63,548 nt of DNA, from the NCBI RefSeq assembly GCF_003704095.1, contig NW_020847441.1, forward strand, positions 1 to 63,548, read 5' to 3'. Position 1 is the first letter of the stretch. Each line of letters starts with the position of its first letter. The position numbers were made by a program, and so were the translations under genes. Shown here piece by piece: positions 44,779 through 63,096 of this stretch. The notes beneath the pieces were generated by a model that saw only the letters and a list, made by a program, of their open reading frames with translations, did no database searches and was not told where the DNA came from. This DNA comes from Pocillopora damicornis (taxonomy: Eukaryota).

Positions 44779-46242
44779 TGTAAGGTAAATTGATGAAAAA
44801 CCTTTCACACCCATAGAAATTCCGCAATAACTCTCAACACACAACGTTCGATTACTGTTGGGACAATGTTAGTAAATATATGGAGACTATATATGAAGGG
44901 ATTAACTTAAAAAAAAAAAAGACATATATATATATATACTGAAAAGGTTACGCTCATTTTTAGTTTTTTTTCCCCGACTTTTTTAGCTTTCAAAGCCGTG
45001 AGGTTGTAGTGAGACAACCATATCTTCAGCTTAATAATTATTCCTTTTTTTTCTTTTATTCGTAGAAATAGGAATGGGATAGAAAACGAACAAATGATTC
45101 GATGGTTAGAATATGAACGTTTCAAAGATGAAACTTCTTTCTTACAGGTTATCAAGTCTCATCTAATCTATTTGATGCAGGACCTAACAAGTCTCTTGAC
45201 TTGTTTCAACTCAGAAGATTAATCTGATTAAAGAAAAATTCTCACGAATGTGTTGGACTGTCTTTTATTTAAGAGTACCCACAGATTATTATTTTAGCCA
45301 CCAAATCTACAGTGGTCAGGGTGCTGTTCATCACGCAAACTTCCCTCAGTCGCTCAAACATAAATTGGTAATTGTTCTCCATGGAATAGTTTTAGCGTTC
45401 GTACACTAATTCAACATCTTGTGTACAGTGTCTGTTGGTCTTAAAAGCTCACACGTAACTGACCAGAGCCTTTGATAACGTTATTGAAAGTAGCATTATT
45501 GACTTCTGAACGGAGAAGCTTTAAGTTTCCAGAATTAAACCGATGGCTTGTTGTAAGTTTGAAGATTTTCAGACTTGTATTTGATCTACATCGTTATCTT
45601 TTCTTGTTTTTATACGAACGTTTTTGGAAGTTATGAATAAATTCAAATTTTTTGTAAAAAGGCGACCTTGCAACTGGATAAATAATTTCAACCAGTGACC
45701 AGGAATAATTCTCTCTTCTGGTTGTTATTTTTAAGTAGACAATAAATTAGAATTTAAATTTTTAAGACCACAAAACATTTTGTGCGATTATCGAAAAGGT
45801 TGTTTTTAATGAAAGTTAACGTAAGTAAATTTTCGAGCTACATTTCATGCCTTAATTTGTTCACCTGTTTAATGGCAAAAATCAGGCCGCATCATGTTTA
45901 CGAAAGTGTTAGGTTTTATCTCTATCACAAATATGATTCTAAATATCACACATAGGAAGCTGGGGTGAACATACTGTGGAAAGATGATTGGTTGAGAAAA
46001 GCACAAAGAAAAAAAGGAACACACGACTATATCTTTTTTAAGTACAATCATACAAAATTTAAATAATTCCAAAGAAGGGTGATCGTACATCGCCTATAAG
46101 TAAATACAAAGAATGCTATTTGTGTCTCTTTATCCAATCACCTGACAGCTTTGTTATGAAAAGCTGGCAAAGGAAAAAGATCATTTTTTTTAGGCTGTTG
46201 ATAATGATACCTTTCTTACTCTTGTTATTAGCAACAAAGAAA

Positions 46243-51185
<4,943 letters not shown>

Positions 51186-54100
51186 GTCAAAGCTCAAAAC
51201 TAACAAATAAATGCCGGGATACATGTAGATAATAGGATAGAAATAAAATGAATAACACGTTAGCTGCTCTTCTGTCTTTTTTGACTCGTAACGATTAGTC
51301 ATGATATCAACCCTTTGTTTTCATTCACTGAAAGCTTCGCCTGACTTCGCCTCAAGAACCCACCCATTGCAAAAAGTGTCGTTATGACTTTGTGAAGTAT
51401 TCTTATTTCTCTGNNNNNNNNNNNNNNNNNNNNNNNNNNNNNNNNNNNNNNNNNNNNNNNNNNNNNNNNNNNNNNNNNNNNNNNNNNNNNNNNNNNNNNN
51501 NNNNNNNNNNNNNNNNNNNNNNNNNNNNNNNNNNNNNNNNNNNNNNNNNNNNNNNNNNNNNNNNNNNNNNNNNNNNNNNNNNNNNNNNNNNNNNNNNNNN
51601 NNNNNNNNNNNNNNNNNNNNNNNNNNNNNNNNNNNNNNNNNNNNNNNNNNNNNNNNNNNNNNNNNNNNNNNNNNNNNNNNNNNNNNNNNNNNNNNNNNNN
51701 NNNNNNNNNNNNNNNNNNNNNNNNNNNNNNNNNNNNNNNNNNNNNNNNNNNNNNNNNNNNNNNNNNNNNNNNNNNNNNNNNNNNNNNNNNNNNNNNNNNN
51801 NNNNNNNNNNNNNNNNNNNNNNNNNNNNNNNNNNNNNNNNNNNNNNNNNNNNNNNNNNNNNNNNNNNNNNNNNNNNNNNNNNNNNNNNNNNNNNNNNNNN
51901 NNNNNNNNNNNNNNNNNNNNNNNNNNNNNNNNNNNNNNNNNNNNNNNNNNNNNNNNNNNNNNNNNNNNNNNNNNNNNNNNNNNNNNNNNNNNNNNNNNNN
52001 NNNNNNNNNNNNNNNNNNNNNNNNNNNNNNNNGATTTATCGTAATTACAGGTAACTCCATTCTTCAACGCCATTGTGTTGGTTCAGAATCTGAAAATTAC
52101 TTCCGGTACCTGCCTAAAACAAAAAAAGACTCCAACATTTCTTGAAAAGAATACCGGCTATTTTAAGATTATATTTATCATTTTCCTTCGTTATTGATAT
52201 TCTTAAAACAAATTCTTTTGTATATCAACGTAGAAGAGTNNNNNNNNNNNNNNNNNNNNNNNNNNNNNNNNNNNNNNNNNNNNNNNNNNNNNNNNNNNNN
52301 NNNNNNNNNNNNNNNNNNNNNNNNNNNNNNNNNNNNNNNNNNNNNNNNNNNNNNNNNNNNNNNNNNNNNNNNNNNNNNNNNNNNNNNNNNNNNNNNNNNN
52401 NNNNNNNNNNNNNNNNNNNNNNNNNNNNNNNNNNNNNNNNNNNNNNNNNNNNNNNNNNNNNNNNNNNNNNNNNNNNNNNNNNNNNNNNNNNNNNNNNNNN
52501 NNNNNNNNNNNNNNNNNNNNNNNNNNNNNNNNNNNNNNNNNNNNNNNNNNNNNNNNNNNNNNNNNNNNNNNNNNNNNNNNNNNNNNNNNNNNNNNNNNNN
52601 NNNNNNNNNNNNNNNNNNNNNNNNNNNNNNNNNNNNNNNNNNNNNNNNNNNNNNNNNNNNNNNNNNNNNNNNNNNNNNNNNNNNNNNNNNNNNNNNNNNN
52701 NNNNNNNNNNNNNNNNNNNNNNNNNNNNNNNNNNNNNNNNNNNNNNNNNNNNNNNNNNNNNNNNNNNNNNNNNNNNNNNNNNNNNNNNNNNNNNNNNNNN
52801 NNNNNNNNNNNNNNNNNNNNNNNNNNNNNNNNNNNNNNNNNNNNNNNNNNNNNNNNNNNNNNNNNNNNNNNNNNNNNNNATATTTTACTTTGTGCGTGGG
52901 AAGAGAACAGCGCAAACGTTGGCTAAGAATCTTCAATCAATATTTGAAAGATTTTTAAAACTATTTGTACTTTTATATAGGGGCTTTCAAAGTTAACAAA
53001 TAAAACTGTTTCTTTCCATATAAAAACGCATGATAATTACACTCCGTGGTTCCTATAAACTTTATTTCTCCCCTTGTTTCTAACAACANNNNNNNNNNNN
53101 NNNNNNNNNNNNNNNNNNNNNNNNNNNNNNNNNNNNNNNNNNNNNNNNNNNNNNNNNNNNNNNNNNNNNNNNNNNNNNNNNNNNNNNNGTGATATAAGTT
53201 TAACTGAATAGCTAGTGGTTGAAAGTAGAGTTAACGAATATTTAGGACCCGTTCACTCAGAAGCCGGACTTGTAAATAGTCATTGTCTTTTTTTCGTTTT
53301 TTCAATCCTAGTTGTGTCAGCCACTAGGCAGCGGCGAGAATAATAGCGGACGTTCGGGCGCCTTATGATTAACTTGTACTTTTAGGACTCCNNNNNNNNN
53401 NCTCCATGCATGCTATTTTTACTTCCTTCCCTGTCGACACTGCGGCAAAATGAGTACGCATACTCCGCTACTCGAGCCATATGANNNNNNNNNNCTAGGA
53501 TTCCTCTTCCGCAAACGTTGTTTTCCCGCCAAAACAAGATTTCGTTTCCTGGGGGGGGGGGTTGCTTACTGAGGAGACGTTGAAAAGAGGGGCGAACGCG
53601 AAAACAGGTATTACGAACCTCGTAGCCTTGTAACAGCTTTTCAAATTCTGTCACTACATTCACAACTGTTACCATGTTTATCGAGTGAGAGGTNNNNNNN
53701 NNNNNNNNNNNNNNNNNNNNNNNNNNNNNNNNNNNNNNNNNNNNNNNNNNNNNNNNNNNNNNNNNNNNNNNNNNNNNNNNNNNNNNNNNNNNNNNNNNNN
53801 NNNNNNNNNNNNNNNNNNNNNNNNNNNNNNNNNNNNNNNNNNNNNNNNNNNNNNNNNNNNNNNNNNNNNNNNNNNNNNNNNNNNNNNNNNNNNNNNNNNN
53901 NNNNNNNNNNNNNNNNNNNNNNNNNNNNNNNNNNNNNNNNNNNNNNNNNNNNNNNNNNNNNNNNNNNNNNNNNNNNNNNNNNNNNNNNNNNNNNNNNNNN
54001 NNNNNNNNNNNNNNNNNNNNNNNNNNNNNNNNNNNNNNNNNNNNNNNNNNNNNNNNNNNNNNNNNNNNNNNNNNNNNNNNNNNNNNNNNNNNNNNNNNNN

Positions 54101-55856
54101 NNNNNNNNNNNNNNNNNNNNNNNNNNNNNNNNNNNNNNNNNNNNNNNNNNNNNNNNNNNNNNNNNNNNNNNNNNNNNNNNNNNNNNNNNNNNNNNNNNNN
54201 NNNNNNNNNNNNNNNNNNNNNNNNNNNNNNNNNNNNNNNNNNNNNNNNNNNNNNNNNNNNNNNNNNNNNNNNNNNNNNNNNNNNNNNNNNNNNNNNNNNN
54301 NNNNNNNNNNNNNNNNNNNNNNNNNNNNNNNNNNNNNNNNNNNNNNNNNNNNNNNNNNNNNNNNNNNNNNNNNNNNNNNNNNNNNNNNNNNNNNNNNNTT
54401 TCAATGTAACTGTACTTGCCTATAAAATGTAGAGATTCCTTCGTCAAGTTTCGTAAGAAACATAATATCAGCTTAATACTTTACTGACACCCACGGGAAA
54501 TAGCTTAAACACTAGCTCTTCGTGAGGAATTCCCTCCTTCTGATTTACGGTCAAATGTCNNNNNNNNNNNNNNNNNNNNNNNNNNNNNNNNNNNNNNNNN
54601 NNNNNNNNNNNNNNNNNNNNNNNNNNNNNNNNNNNNNNNNNNNNNNNNNNNNNNNNNTTTTTCCCCTTCGTTATTTTTTGTTGAGGAATTTAATTTGTCA
54701 GAATGAAAAGGAAAAATTTTTTGAAAATCGGAAAACAAGAGAAGGGAAACTGTATTCCACGCTAAAATTTTCAAAGATAACGAGTATGCTTATGATCTTT
54801 CGACATTCCAAGGCTAAGACGAATTGACCAGTCAAACCTGATGACAAGTCTAAATTGGTAAACTAGAAATCTACTGATTAATATANNNNNNNNNNNNNNN
54901 NNNNNNNNNNNNNNNNNNNNNNNNNNNNNNNNNNNNNNNNNNNNNNNNNNNNNNNNNNNNNNNNNNNNNNNNNNNNNNNNNNNNNNNNNNNNNNNNNNNN
55001 NNNNNNNNNNNNNNNNNNNNNNNNNNNNNNNNNNNNNNNNNNNNNNNNNNNNNNNNNNNNNNNNNNNNNNNNNNNNNNNNNNNNNNNNNNNNNNNNNNNN
55101 NNNNNNNNNNNNNNNNNNNNNNNNNNNNNNNNNNNNNNNNNNNNNNNNNNNNNNNNNNNNNNNNNNNNNNNNNNNNNNNNNNNNNNNNNNNNNNNNNNNN
55201 NNNNNNNNNNNNNNNNNNNNNNNNNNNNNNNNNNNNNNNNNNNNNNNNNNNNNNNNNNNNNNNNNNNNNNNNNNNNNNNNNNNNNNNNNNNNNNNNNNNN
55301 NNNNNNNNNNNNNNNNNNNNNNNNNNNNNNNNNNNNNNNNNNNNNNNNNNNNNNNNNNNNNNNNNNNNNNNNNNNNNNNNNNNNNNNNNNNNNNNNNNNN
55401 NNNNNNNNNNNNNNNNNNNNNNNNNNNNNNNNNNNNNNNNNNNNNNNNNNNNNNNNNNNNNNNNNNNNNNNNNNNNNNNNNGGAACGTTTTAGTCGATGT
55501 CGTTTAAATTTTCGTGATTTTCCCAAAAATTATATTGTATATCAAATTGTTCCATACACTTGAGACTTTTTGTTTCTGTTAAGTTTTTTTCTCAAGTGTT
55601 ACTTTAAAAACACTTGCTTCCAGTTGCAGCAAAGTGTATTGTGAACCAATGAAATGATAAGTGCAAGTACAAGCATAAATGGGGTACGTTTGGCTTATTA
55701 TATCTCCTAAACAAGCGCGTTGACCTATCTTTTTCATTGTATTTTTCACAGACATTGGTAAGGAACATTAAGGAAAGTTAAAAAATTGTTCGATAAGCTT
55801 TTTTTTGGTGGAACCCCCTTAAACGATTATTTTTAGTGCATGCACTTTAAACTTAC

Positions 55857-58800
55857 ATGCAGAGGGAGGAGTAGTCGGTGGGGGTGGCTGTGTCGACGGC
55901 GGAGCAGCACCTGAGAGAAAAATGAAGTATCCAGAAATATTACCCAATTATGAAAGAATATGCTTCTGCAAAAAGGTTTTGTGCAAAATAAAGTTTGACT
56001 TGACACACTTAACAAATGTCAATTTGCATTCTGTTTAAAACAGCAAACAATGCCCTGATTAGGGAAAGATGTTTTTCGTCTTGTCACGAGCGTGGGACAT
56101 AGAAAAATAATCGGAGTCCTCGTAAGGGTTCAGTTGGATAAATAGTTAAATTAGCGAAAACATTTTATGCGAATTTATTTCGTCCCACGCTCTTGACAAG
56201 ACCAAAACATTTTTCTCTATTCCTTTAGCGATCTCAAAACTTACCATCTCTTTTACTGTAATGCTTTGATTGTTGGGCAGAAGTACTGACTCCTCGGCGC
56301 AAGCTTCCTTATCCCTCAATTAGCCGGTAAAATCAACTTTTTTATTCTTTACTTACGTTTGTTAGGAAAGTTATGTAATTAACATTTTGGTGTATTTGTA
56401 AAAAACACGATTGTAATAAACATTAATTTTAACTTTAGAATAGTAACGACCTCTTTCGACTCACCGCACTTATAAAGCAACATCATCTGCCTAATATCAA
56501 TAGGACTAAGACCTGCTCGGTTACCAATACTAACCTAGAAAGAATTAAAAATGGTTATTTATTCATAAAATGAAGAGCATGTTTCTGCTGCCTCCATTGT
56601 CCAAAATAATAACAAAAGTATGATGAATTTGACTTCCAAATCTGCCAATAACGAATAACGAATGACTTTCCTATTCTTAAGACATCTTAGGCATCATTGT
56701 ATTTCAGTGCATGATTTATCTTGTCTTTCACTAGAGTTCTGACGCCTAATAAGACTTCGTGCAGTTTTAAACTGCAATCGTGCCCGCCGATTTCAAAGGA
56801 AAAATTCTCAAAAAAGCTTAAAAAGTCATATGAGGCGAACATGTCATTGTCCGCTTTTAGGGCGNNNNNNNNNNNNCTGTTTTTTCGGATAGTATAACTT
56901 GTCCCATTAATCCATACTTCTTATAACATGTTACCAAGAAATTTAAGGAATCACCTAAAAACTGCTTAAGTCGCTGATAAAATTTCACGTGAAAATTGAT
57001 AAGAAACCCGGATCCGTGGCCTTATAATCCACTCACCCCTGCTTTCTTTGGGACAATTGTTGGCTTTCCATTCTTAGAGAAGTACCTCGCACCATAATGC
57101 ATGATAGATCCATAGTCATAAGGTGTTCCCAACGAGTTTACACTGCTAGATTTTCGGAAATTGCCTTCTTTGCCTGATTGGATATTTTCAAACTTGATTT
57201 CGACATAATTATCGCGGTCTGGACGAGACTGCTCGTGAAGAAAGCCAAGAGCGTGACCTGACAGAAAAAAAATTGAAGACGCTTTTAAATATGTAGAGCT
57301 GATCATTTGAAATGTACGGATAGGACTTTGTGATTCGTTTTATAGATAGAAATTTGGAATTGAGAATTTAAGAAGTTTAGCCGCCCGCAGTTATCGTCGA
57401 GCAGATTGCCTGCACAGTGACTGAATAGGTATTTTTCTTTATTCTAAGTAGTCAAATAGCTTCGGATTTGGAGCTACTTTCGGTCGAATGTCATTAAAGC
57501 TTCTGGAACAAACCAAATGTTACCACACAAAAAATAGTTATGACTGTGAATATAAGAAAACAGGAGCCATTACCCGGATCCTCCATACCAATTTTACCCT
57601 TGAGTCAACCCTGTCCCATACCTTTTTATTTTTAGAACTGAGATATGTGTGGGGTTCTTTAATTTCCTGCAAAAACATGCAGACATTCGCATAACACCCA
57701 AAAAAAAATTGGCAGTCGAAGGCGAAAGGCCGACCTCTATTCCTTCTCTGCATGTGACGTANNNNNNNNNNGACCACAGCTCTCTTATAATTGGTTATTA
57801 TGTAAACACCCACGAAAAACTCCGTGGAAGGTGCTTCTATAATTAAAAAGATACGGGACATGGTTGACTCAGAGGGTAAGTATTGNNNNNNNNNNCTCCG
57901 TGTAATGGGCTCCTGATGAAAATTATATATATGAACTGCGGTGTAAGAGATGAATATTAAAGCGATCTTCGCAATGATGAACACTACTTAAGCACTGGTG
58001 AAAATAAGGCTTGAAAAAAATTCAGGCCCGCACAGGATTTGAACCCATGACCTCTGCGATTCCCTTGCAGTNNNNNNNNNNCTGTGCTCAAGTCATTACA
58101 TTCCGTACAGGCCTGAATATTTTTCAGGCCTTATTTTCACTACTGCCTAAGNNNNNNNNNNTACTGCGAAGATCGCTTTCATATTCACAAAAAAATATTG
58201 CAGCTGAAGGTCGCTCATGCATATCATAAACAAATTAAGGATACAAAAAAAAGTTAACAAGGCAGTAACAGAAGTTTGAACATCCAACCAATTTCGTGGA
58301 TTACAGTTCCTTTTCTCCAGCATCCAGCGGCCAAGGACAATTGCTGCTTACGCCCAATGCGTCCCACGTAAGACCAGCATCTATTGAATGAAATGCGGAT
58401 CTATTAGACAATTACGAGGTGATTTATGCAAATCAAGCCAAATATTTTTAGACTTCAATTCTAGATACTTATATTAGCAAAGAGTGCCAAATGCCGCGGT
58501 GTTTCTCTCCTTTGACTCAACTTTTGAGTTAGATACTTTCATCCATGTTGTTCAGTATTGGAAAACGTTGTTAGTGTACTCAGAAATTATCAACTTATCT
58601 ACGAAAATTTGAAATCTATCGTTGATGTTTATATTCGCGACTTTATTCAATCACATTGGCGATACAAATAAAAACAACGCCTNNNNNNNNNNNNNNNNNN
58701 NNNNNNNNNNNNNNNNNNNNNNNNNNNNNNNNNNNNNNNNNNNNNNNNNNNNNNNNNNNNNNNNNNNNNNNNNNNNNNNNNNNNNNNNNNNNNNNNNNNN

Positions 58801-60509
58801 NNNNNNNNNNNNNNNNNNNNNNNNNNNNNNNNNNNNNNNNNNNNNNNNNNNNNNNNNNNNNNNNNNNNNNNNNNNNNNNNNNNNNNNNNNNNNNNNNNNN
58901 NNNNNNNNNNNNNNNNNNNNNNNNNNNNNNNNNNNNNNNNNNNNNNNNNNNNNNNNNNNNNNNNNNNNNNNNNNNNNNNNNNNNNNNNNNNNNNNNNNNN
59001 NNNNNNNNNNNNNNNNNNNNNNNNNNNNNNNNNNNNNNNNNNNNNNNNNNNNNNNNNNNNNNNNNNNNNNNNNNNNNNNNNNNNNNNNNNNNNNNNNNNN
59101 NNNNNNNNNNNNNNNNNNNNNNNNNNNNGTTAAGTCGTTTAAAATGCTTAAGAGAGAAAGGAAGAGACTCCTCAGGGTAAATACGAGTGGCATCGTAAAA
59201 TTAACTTGGTCCAGTCTATCCATCAATTACAACATAGGCGATTTTACTGATATTACCATTAAACGTAAATTTGCCAAGTGATAAAATATGTGTATGGAGC
59301 TTGGCTGTGTTAACGTTAAATTTCATAATGAAAGTGGCTGGAAAACCATGCGTAAGACTTGACCCTTGCTGACATTTTTAAAGTGGTTACGATATCCCTT
59401 ACTTAAAGAAGATTCGATTTCAAACACAAAGACACCATTCGGCCACAATCTGCCCGGCACTGAACCTCTGGCCTGGCCTGGTAAAAACCTCATATCGCCT
59501 TCAAACAGTCCGCCATCTTTGACGTGCAAATTTTCTGGCAAAGAAAATTATTTAGAGTGGTTAATAGGTTGGCNNNNNNNNNNNNNNNNNNNNNNNNNNN
59601 NNNNNNNNNNNNNNNNNNNNNNNNNNNNNNNNNNNNNNNNNNNNNNNNNNNNNNNNNNNNNNNNNNNNNNNTTTTCTTGGCTAAATTTAACAATTCAGTG
59701 CTACTTATAAACAGTAGATGATATAACAGCGTAAACGGCCGCTGGTTATAGCATATTCAGGCAGGCTCAATGAGGAAACAGATTTAGCTGTGTTTAGTAA
59801 TAATGGGAGATCCTGTGACTCACAATTTCTTCTTTATCAGAAAGGAGAGAAAAGCTCTGCTCACTCGGAATGAGAGGAAAGGTGTCTTAAACTTTTAAAA
59901 AATGTTTTCGTTTTTAATAAGGGTTTTTTATTTCTGAAGGTAGGAATTCAGTGGTTTTTGTGAAATTAAATACAAAAAATTAAAAAGCATATATGACATT
60001 TTTAATCTCACCGTTGATAGACATCAAAATCTATGTATTCACAAGAAACACATTTGGTTTTTTGGAAAAAAATTATAGTTCACTCCAAATAGGCGGAGTT
60101 TTTGTTGTTGCGTAATTTCTTTACATCGGCTTTCAAACCCTCTCACTTTACTACTCATCCTCTTTTGACAGAACGATATGAAACCCATTTTAAACTGCTA
60201 GACAGGGGAGAGAACAACGCCAATAGCGCCCGAATGCTACTGGAATAATTGCTTTTCATGATTGCGTGAGTCCCTAAGTGATATAAACGACCTTACCCTA
60301 CAACCTTAACCTAAAAATTATACAGCTTTGACGTTATTGTGCAAAATTTGCCTTTACGAGTGTTCTAAGTGTTCATAAAAGAAAGAGACAATGCCATTGA
60401 TGATTAATAGTCTTAATTTTGAATGAGATTTAAAGTAATCCATACCTTCTGGGGAGGAGGCCAGAACTGAGGCAAACCACAAGAAATTAAAAATCACGAT
60501 AACCTTCAT
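55857..60509 (-). CDS. Astacin metalloprotease 3 (short prodomain, Pro/Thr linker; exon 3 and 3' exons in gaps)
   Basis: Exons 60509-60446 ([21 protein letters not shown]), 59534-59403 (LFEGDM..LWPNG), 58380-58289 (CWSYVGR..HEI), 57257-57037 ([21 protein letters not shown]), 56534-56465 (..LLYKC) and 55910-55857 ([18 protein letters not shown], phase-1 donor). Confidence 0.88.
56061..56218. mobile_element. MITE-like inverted repeat, same end family as the 27123 element
   Basis: agggaaagatgtttttcgtcttgtcacgagcgtgggac vs reverse complement of gtcccacgctcttgacaagaccaaaacatttttctct. Confidence 0.6.
57951..58187. mobile_element. Palindromic tRNA-derived repeat in an astacin 3 intron
   Basis: Arms tgaatat..aaagcgatcttcgca..gtgaaaataaggcttgaaaaaaattcaggcc / ggcctgaatatttttcaggccttattttcac..tgcgaagatcgcttt..atattca. 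The internal ggatttgaacc is a B-box on the minus strand. Confidence 0.65.
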
Positions 60510-61533
60510 GATGATCTTCGTGATTGTAATGAAATCAGTGATTGCCGACGCCTATTTAATAGGAACCAATTTTTTTACATCTGCTTGCTGTAAAAACAGT
60601 CATTAGCTATATTTGAATATCTACGCTTGAACCTTGCCCTTTTTTTGTGTTTTTCACTCAATTTAAAAAATCAGTTAGAGATATAAAAGTATTTGCAAAG
60701 GTGCATCCTTTGCTGTTTGCGTATAATTCAATTATGTTGTTGATTTGATGACTGCTAAATCACGCGATTACAATGACTTGAATTAAGAAACTTTCGTAAG
60801 GAAAGAAAAGCATTTTGAAACAAATTGATTTTGATGGATTCTTTACACAACTTGGTGAAGGTTCTTTGCTATAACTATCTCTCTTTTATTCTGTTCCATT
60901 AGTTCTGCATACAGGATGTTACGAATTCCCAAGTTCTTTGGAAATAATGGGGAATTAAAATGTTCTTGTAAAGCGGTGTCAATCATCTTAACAAAAATGT
61001 TAGCCTCAACGATAAACAATTCGTCACGTACGAAACAATTTGTCTTAGTGAAGTTAAAAAGAGCTTTGAGTTCCTCTATCCAAAAAAAAAAAGTAGAATG
61101 TAAAATGACGGTTATGTTTCTTGGGTTGCAAGATTTTTATTTTTATAGGGGGAAGACCACTTGATAATTGAGCCCTTCCCATTTTTCCTCATATTTGATT
61201 CATAAANNNNNNNNNNNNNNNNNNNNNNNNNNNNNNNNNNNNNNAATACCCTCTTATGTTCAAACGTAAGGTATGTTCTGTCGGTAGCATAAGCTGTGAC
61301 AAGGTTTATTTCAGTCCGCTGCTCACTAATGAGCTTGAGTTTTCAAAGCTGGGTTTCCGTTTGGCTACATATTGATGAAAATAGCAATTTAAAAAAGGGG
61401 GGCCTCCCGANNNNNNNNNNNNNNNNNNNNNNNNNNNNNNNNNNNNCCGAATGAAACTTGATTTTGAATTTTCTTCAGAAATCAATGAATAGAATTAATA
61501 CACTTTATTTCAATCATCCTTGAATTTTAAGAA

Positions 61534-62990
61534 TCAGCAGTCAAATATGGTAATATCGTCAATTGCAGCATCTCCCTTGTAGCTAGTTCCTCTTATTCCC
61601 TCGAAAGTCAGCTGCAAGAGAAAGAAAAACTCTGGTTGCATTTCATCCAAAGATTGTTTGACAATTCAAAATGTTGTAACATCGCACCAACCATCATATT
61701 TAAGATCATGTTAGATCCTCATGAAGACGAAATAGGCAATAAAAGATGATATATTGTGAAAAGGCAATTACTTCTTTCGACCCTGATCCTGTAAGACGAC
61801 CTTGGAACATGTGCCAGTCATTTCCTTGGTCTCCAGCGTTTTCAAATATCTTCTTGTTACCTAACATAACCTTCACTGTTCCCATGCTACTCCCGAACAT
61901 GTGATAATAAAACCTCAAGCAAGACTTTCCAGAGAGTGAAACCGTCCGGAACATTTTGGCATTGTCATTAATCCTTCGTGGGAATGAAGCCTCAATGTAC
62001 ATGAAGTAACCTAAGGGAGAAATTTAAATATATTTAAACACATAGCTTATGTTCGAAAAGTTATCAGCTTCCCTAAAGAAATGCATTTCAAGGAACACGG
62101 ACAGGCCCTCTCCCAAACACCCCTTTCTTAAAATTTTGTAATTTTAGCCAGGTTCTGTGTTTTCTCTCGATGAATCGTGTGATACTTCGCAGGCTACCAA
62201 AATCGTCAGATACATGTACGTAGCTGAAGGTTTAAAANNNNNNNNNNGACAAATGAACACGAACTATTACTGATATGGTTGATAGACAGCCATATTATCA
62301 AAGTGGTGTCTACGCAATTTTCCAANNNNNNNNNNAAAATCTACCAAGTCAAGAGATAAGAATCTGTGAGCAGCAGAGCAACTTTGCAGCCTTAAAAATA
62401 GGCCTTCCAGGAGTCTTTCCCATCAAATTGATTATGCTAATGTATAATTAGTAACGCAAATTAATAACACATGATACTGATAGTTCCACAAAATTTTGAC
62501 GACCAAGCCATTGTTAAGAACACAAGAGAGCCTTTGACATGTGAAAACTGATCGAAAATTTGAAAGTGGAGCGAAAAGTTTTGAGTAAAACAAACCATTG
62601 CGAGATGTGTGATCTTTATCTGGCCCAGTCCCTCCCGATGGGGAAGGCCCTTTACTTCTTGTCCAGTCAAATTTGTCGCTTGAACTTTGTCTGAATCCAC
62701 ACTCGTCTTCATCGAAATTGCACAAGAAAGCTGCGTGAAAGAAATGTTTAGGTTTTGTGAATTGCATTAGATTTTTTAATTAATGCAAAAATTTAGAAAC
62801 CGGCATCAACATCTAGAAAATAAAATCCTGGCCCAGAGGTTTGAACGAAGGGAATTTTTATCGAGGGGACTGTTTTTCATTTACGTGATTTTAACATGTC
62901 ATTTAAAGACTTTTTTAATGCTGTAAGGTTGAAGCTACTCACAAGCAGAAGATGGAGGAATAACTGGCGGAGCCTGAGTCTCTGGAACAT
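61534..62990 (-). CDS. 3' end of a MAM-domain protein, probably a fourth astacin-(ShK)-MAM gene starting beyond the window
   Basis: Exons 62990-62943 (DVPETQAPPVIPPSSA), 62730-62596 (FLCNFDEDECGF..FDWTR..TGPDKDHT), 62010-61772 (GYFMYIEAS..CLRFYYHMFG..GDQGNDW) and 61611-61534 (LTFEGIRGTSYKGDAAIDDITIFDC*). Complete MAM motifs. Confidence 0.88.
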
Positions 62991-63024
62991 CTAAAATAGA
63001 GAGAAAAGAACAAAAATATCTTAT

Positions 63025-63096
63025 TTGACTAAACAAGGAAGATAAAGAATCTACCTTAGTACAAGGGTTGATTCTTTATCGTCCTTGTTTAGTCAA
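63025..63096. repeat. 72-nt near-perfect hairpin
   Basis: ttgactaaacaaggaagataaagaatctacctt-agtac-aagggttgattctttatcgtccttgtttagtcaa. Confidence 0.8.

Noticed and set aside
55857-55910. Suspected frameshift in the astacin 3 linker exon
   Set aside because: Recounting the G-run (5 G) gives an intact 54-nt phase 1-1 exon.
61534-62990. Idea that the minus-strand MAM exons are simply the mis-oriented 3' end of astacin 2
   Set aside because: A distinct MAM terminus already lies on the plus strand at 51144-51185 with a different sequence. A separate paralog is more likely, though haplotype artefacts are not excluded.
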